Source: an uncultured Thermoplasmatales archaeon
GTDB lineage: Archaea; Thermoplasmatota; E2; UBA202; DSCA01
Reading direction: 5' to 3'
DNA: 64,000 nucleotides
Assembly: GCA_964514975.1 (NCBI GenBank)
Contig: CAZESS010000002.1
Location: 32,001 to 96,000 of the forward strand
Below, in pieces: positions 61,554 to 64,000 of this stretch (the stretch's first letter is position 1; every line of letters begins with the position of its first letter). Below the pieces are notes generated by a model, which was not told the origin of the DNA, made no database searches, and worked only from the letters and a program-made list of their open reading frames with translations. A program made the translations under genes and the position numbers.

Positions 61554-62033
61554 ATGGACCGGATACCGCTGGTACATGTCGAGCAGGGTCAGGCAGTCGT
61601 CGGGGGCAAGCGTTCCAATGCCGTCGAGGTGTTACGTGAACTCCGCGACGGGCATGACCTGCTCTATGTTGTAGACCATGACGGTCATCGGCGCAACCGT
61701 GCCAACATCGACGTCTACAAAGCGGTGTCCCGGAAAGCGTTTTTGTGGCTTGATGCGGCGCCGCGGCGCGTCGAGGACGTCATCGATATCGTCGTCGCCG
61801 GGGCAACACGGGTGACCCTCGGCGATGCATTGCGGGACGACGACCTCCGGCAGCTCATCGACATGGTCGAAAGCGACCTCTATCTGCGCTCTGCGCAGCC
61901 GGTGCAGGCCGAGCGCCGCGTCCGGCGATTCGAGCTGACCGGCCTCGTCGTCGACGACACATGGCGGGAGACCTGGAACGTGGAGACCTGGCGCCTGAAC
62001 GATGCCGAAGGTATGGCGGAGCAGATAGCATGA
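61554..62033 (+). CDS. HisA/HisF-related truncated TIM-barrel protein
   Basis: IP.V....GQAV, LYVVD.DG, LWLDA..R..EDV.D....GA. Confidence 0.65.
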   Translation: MDRIPLVHVEQGQAVVGGKRSNAVEVLRELRDGHDLLYVVDHDGHRRNRANIDVYKAVSRKAFLWLDAAPRRVEDVIDIVVAGATRVTLGDALRDDDLRQLIDMVESDLYLRSAQPVQAERRVRRFELTGLVVDDTWRETWNVETWRLNDAEGMAEQIA

Positions 62034-62491
62034 TACAGGAGGCGAAAAAGCTCATCGCATTTTTGTTCCAGCGGAGCGGCAAGAACAATCTCGACGAAAA
62101 CGAGATATATATGACGCTGTCCTACGAGCTCGGCTGGCTCACCCCGGCGGAGGCAAAACAGTTTATCAGGCGCGGCCTCGAACGGGGATTGCTCAGCGAA
62201 ACCGATGACGGCTACACACCGACATACGATGTCTCGGCTGTCGACATACCGCTTGGCTTCGAGGTCGACGGCAGCATCGTGCAGCCCGGAGACGAGGACC
62301 TCGTATCCGTCATCGCGGGCGTGCTCGCCTCCGAAGATACACGCGAGGAGGACGTGCGACGGCAAATTCGGGAGCGAGCCAAAACGGAGCATGTCATCCC
62401 CGCGGTTGCAGCGCTGCTCATTGCCCATGAACGGGGCGTGGACGTGGGGCCCTACCTGGGACAGGCACGCCGGGCCGTCAAAGATATCTAG
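62030..62491 (+). CDS. DUF2240 family protein
   Basis: IAF.F..SGK, LS.ELGW..P.EAK, V.IPLGF, AALLIA...GVD. Confidence 0.8.
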   Translation: MIQEAKKLIAFLFQRSGKNNLDENEIYMTLSYELGWLTPAEAKQFIRRGLERGLLSETDDGYTPTYDVSAVDIPLGFEVDGSIVQPGDEDLVSVIAGVLASEDTREEDVRRQIRERAKTEHVIPAVAALLIAHERGVDVGPYLGQARRAVKDI

Positions 62492-62499
62492 CAAAAAAG

Positions 62500-63189
62500 T
62501 TACGGCGCCGGGGTTATCATCAATGCTGCACCGAGACAAAAGGCGGGGTCGGGTGCGCCCTGCACAGGGACGATGATGTTGATGATGGTGCCTGCAAAGC
62601 CGACTATGACATGGGTGGACAGCTCGTCGGCCGTGATGACCTGTGTGCCGTCGAGCCCCCGGATGACAAGCTGGCCGGTTGCGCCATCGAGCACCGTCAT
62701 GAACATGAGCGGCGCGGTGAAATGGACAGGGTGCAGAGCATGTGTTATCACCGACCACAGCAGGAACAGTCCGATGGTGCCGAAGCCGTTGAACAGGGAG
62801 AGCACGCCCGCCATGGCGAGGTTTAATGGATAGGAAAACAGCGCCTTGGAAAAAGCGCCGTAGAGCATGCAGAGCCGGTTGGATGCCGGCTCTGTATCCT
62901 GGCATAGCATCCCGCCCGGCACTGCCAGGTCGATGCCATGGTCGCCGAGTCGCGCCGTCACCTGCTGCATCGCCGTTTGGTTCTCCGCGTGTATGGCCTC
63001 GATGAGATGCTGCAGGAGCCCTTCGATGACGGATGCCGTTTCAACCGACATGGATATCTGTTGTGTTCCTGTCGGCGTCCGCATTTCGATGACCGCACCG
63101 GGTGCATCGGGGGACGTGAGCGCCTGTGTCAGGCCGACCGTGACCAGCAGTAGGGGCAGGCAGACGGCCAGCAACCGCCGGAATATCAT
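62500..63189 (-). CDS. hypothetical secreted/membrane protein
   Basis: Signal-like N-terminus and internal hydrophobic segments. Confidence 0.6.
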   Translation of the reverse strand: MIFRRLLAVCLPLLLVTVGLTQALTSPDAPGAVIEMRTPTGTQQISMSVETASVIEGLLQHLIEAIHAENQTAMQQVTARLGDHGIDLAVPGGMLCQDTEPASNRLCMLYGAFSKALFSYPLNLAMAGVLSLFNGFGTIGLFLLWSVITHALHPVHFTAPLMFMTVLDGATGQLVIRGLDGTQVITADELSTHVIVGFAGTIINIIVPVQGAPDPAFCLGAALMITPAP

Positions 63190-63228
63190 GACATGGCATC
63201 CCGCGGAGCATATTTTAATGCTGCGCAC

Positions 63229-63327
63229 CTACAGCAGCAGCGCCGCGGCCAGCGCGATGACGGTGATAACGGCTGCGAGGATGAGCAGGACGGTGCCCGC
63301 GCTTTCCTCCGACCGCACGACCTCCAT
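63229..63327 (-). CDS. 32-aa single-TM microprotein
   Basis: MEVVRSEESAGTVLLILAAVITVIALAAALLL; GGAGGTG Shine-Dalgarno just upstream. Confidence 0.5.
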   Translation of the reverse strand: MEVVRSEESAGTVLLILAAVITVIALAAALLL

Positions 63328-63390
63328 TTTTTTCACCTCCCATAGTCTATAACACCCGGTTTTTGAAAAGCGTTATCACCGCTGCGTGGT

Positions 63391-64000
63391 TTACACGTAG
63401 TAGAGCAGTATCGGGAGGAGCAGGACGCCCATCAGCACGCTGCGGCGGACCCGCCATTCCAGGCAGAGCAGGCCGACCAGCGTGCCGGCGAGCAGACAGA
63501 GCAGACCGACGGGGCCGGTGAACAACGCCGCCATGACCGCGATGCCGGCGATGGTCGCCAATGCCACCCATCGATATGGCACGCTGGAGATATGCCGCGC
63601 TACGGCACGACCCGCGGCCCTGGTGAAAAAATAGGATGCCAGCGCGGCGATAACCACGCTGATTAGCAGCAGGGGCAGCGCAGGGGGCGGCAACGATGCA
63701 TGCCAGCGCTCGATGGACAGCAGCTCCTGGATGACAGTGGCGCTTCCGCTCCGCGCCCGTCCGATGACGAACAGCGCCGCGAGGACGAAAAAAGCGTTGG
63801 ACGTGTTGACCGCCGACAGGGTCACGATGATGTTTTCCGCCCGTCTGCGGCCGCGGGCGACCAGCGCCAGCACGGTGGCAACGGCGGCGGTGACACCTGG
63901 CAGCACGGACACGGCTGCACCCGCCGCTGTACCGGTGCCCACGTCGGGTATCCCGGGTGAGATGTCATCGGATTCCACCTCCTGCTCGGGGACCGCCGTG
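63391..64000 (-). CDS. archaeal tripartite tricarboxylate transporter permease (TctA/DUF112-like); 5' end outside the window
   Basis: LPGV, SAVNTSN..F.L..L..IGRARSG, VRRS.LMG.LLLP. Confidence 0.8.
   Translation of the reverse strand, partial: TAVPEQEVESDDISPGIPDVGTGTAAGAAVSVLPGVTAAVATVLALVARGRRRAENIIVTLSAVNTSNAFFVLAALFVIGRARSGSATVIQELLSIERWHASLPPPALPLLLISVVIAALASYFFTRAAGRAVARHISSVPYRWVALATIAGIAVMAALFTGPVGLLCLLAGTLVGLLCLEWRVRRSVLMGVLLLPILLYYV

Overview
Archaeal chromosomal window, roughly 60% GC. It is most consistent with Thermoplasmatota (Trm56-HD fusion, archaeal ProS, GatD, Dph5, aIF5A, RadA, L37e, Lsm, PGF-CTERM proteins); this is inferred from gene content only. Most genes are housekeeping or metabolic: LeuC/D-type aconitase pair, Lhr plus metallophosphoesterase, MTAP, rpiA-thiC, rpe, purF, purH, pdxT and a complete group 3b [NiFe]-hydrogenase operon with HypE. 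RNA genes are RNase P RNA and three tRNAs (Leu-GAG, intron-containing Glu-CTC, Ser-CGA). Main anomalies: (1) a 68-nt tRNA-like element at 42739-42806 (-) with a perfect acceptor stem and T-arm, one hairpin replacing the D and anticodon arms, and a TATA-like box, upstream of lsm-rpl37e; (2) a low-GC islet with a BglII-like nuclease, a wHTH protein and a TIM-barrel gene split at an A9 tract, but no methyltransferase; (3) two integrase-less cassettes each bounded by a duplicated 3' end of the neighbouring host gene (an AbiE toxin-antitoxin pair; an amidohydrolase plus an atypical PLP decarboxylase); (4) an EamA transporter fused to an Lrp/RAM domain and coupled to a stand-alone RAM protein. No CRISPR array, rRNA or transposase was seen. 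All calls come from motif recognition by eye; no searches were run.
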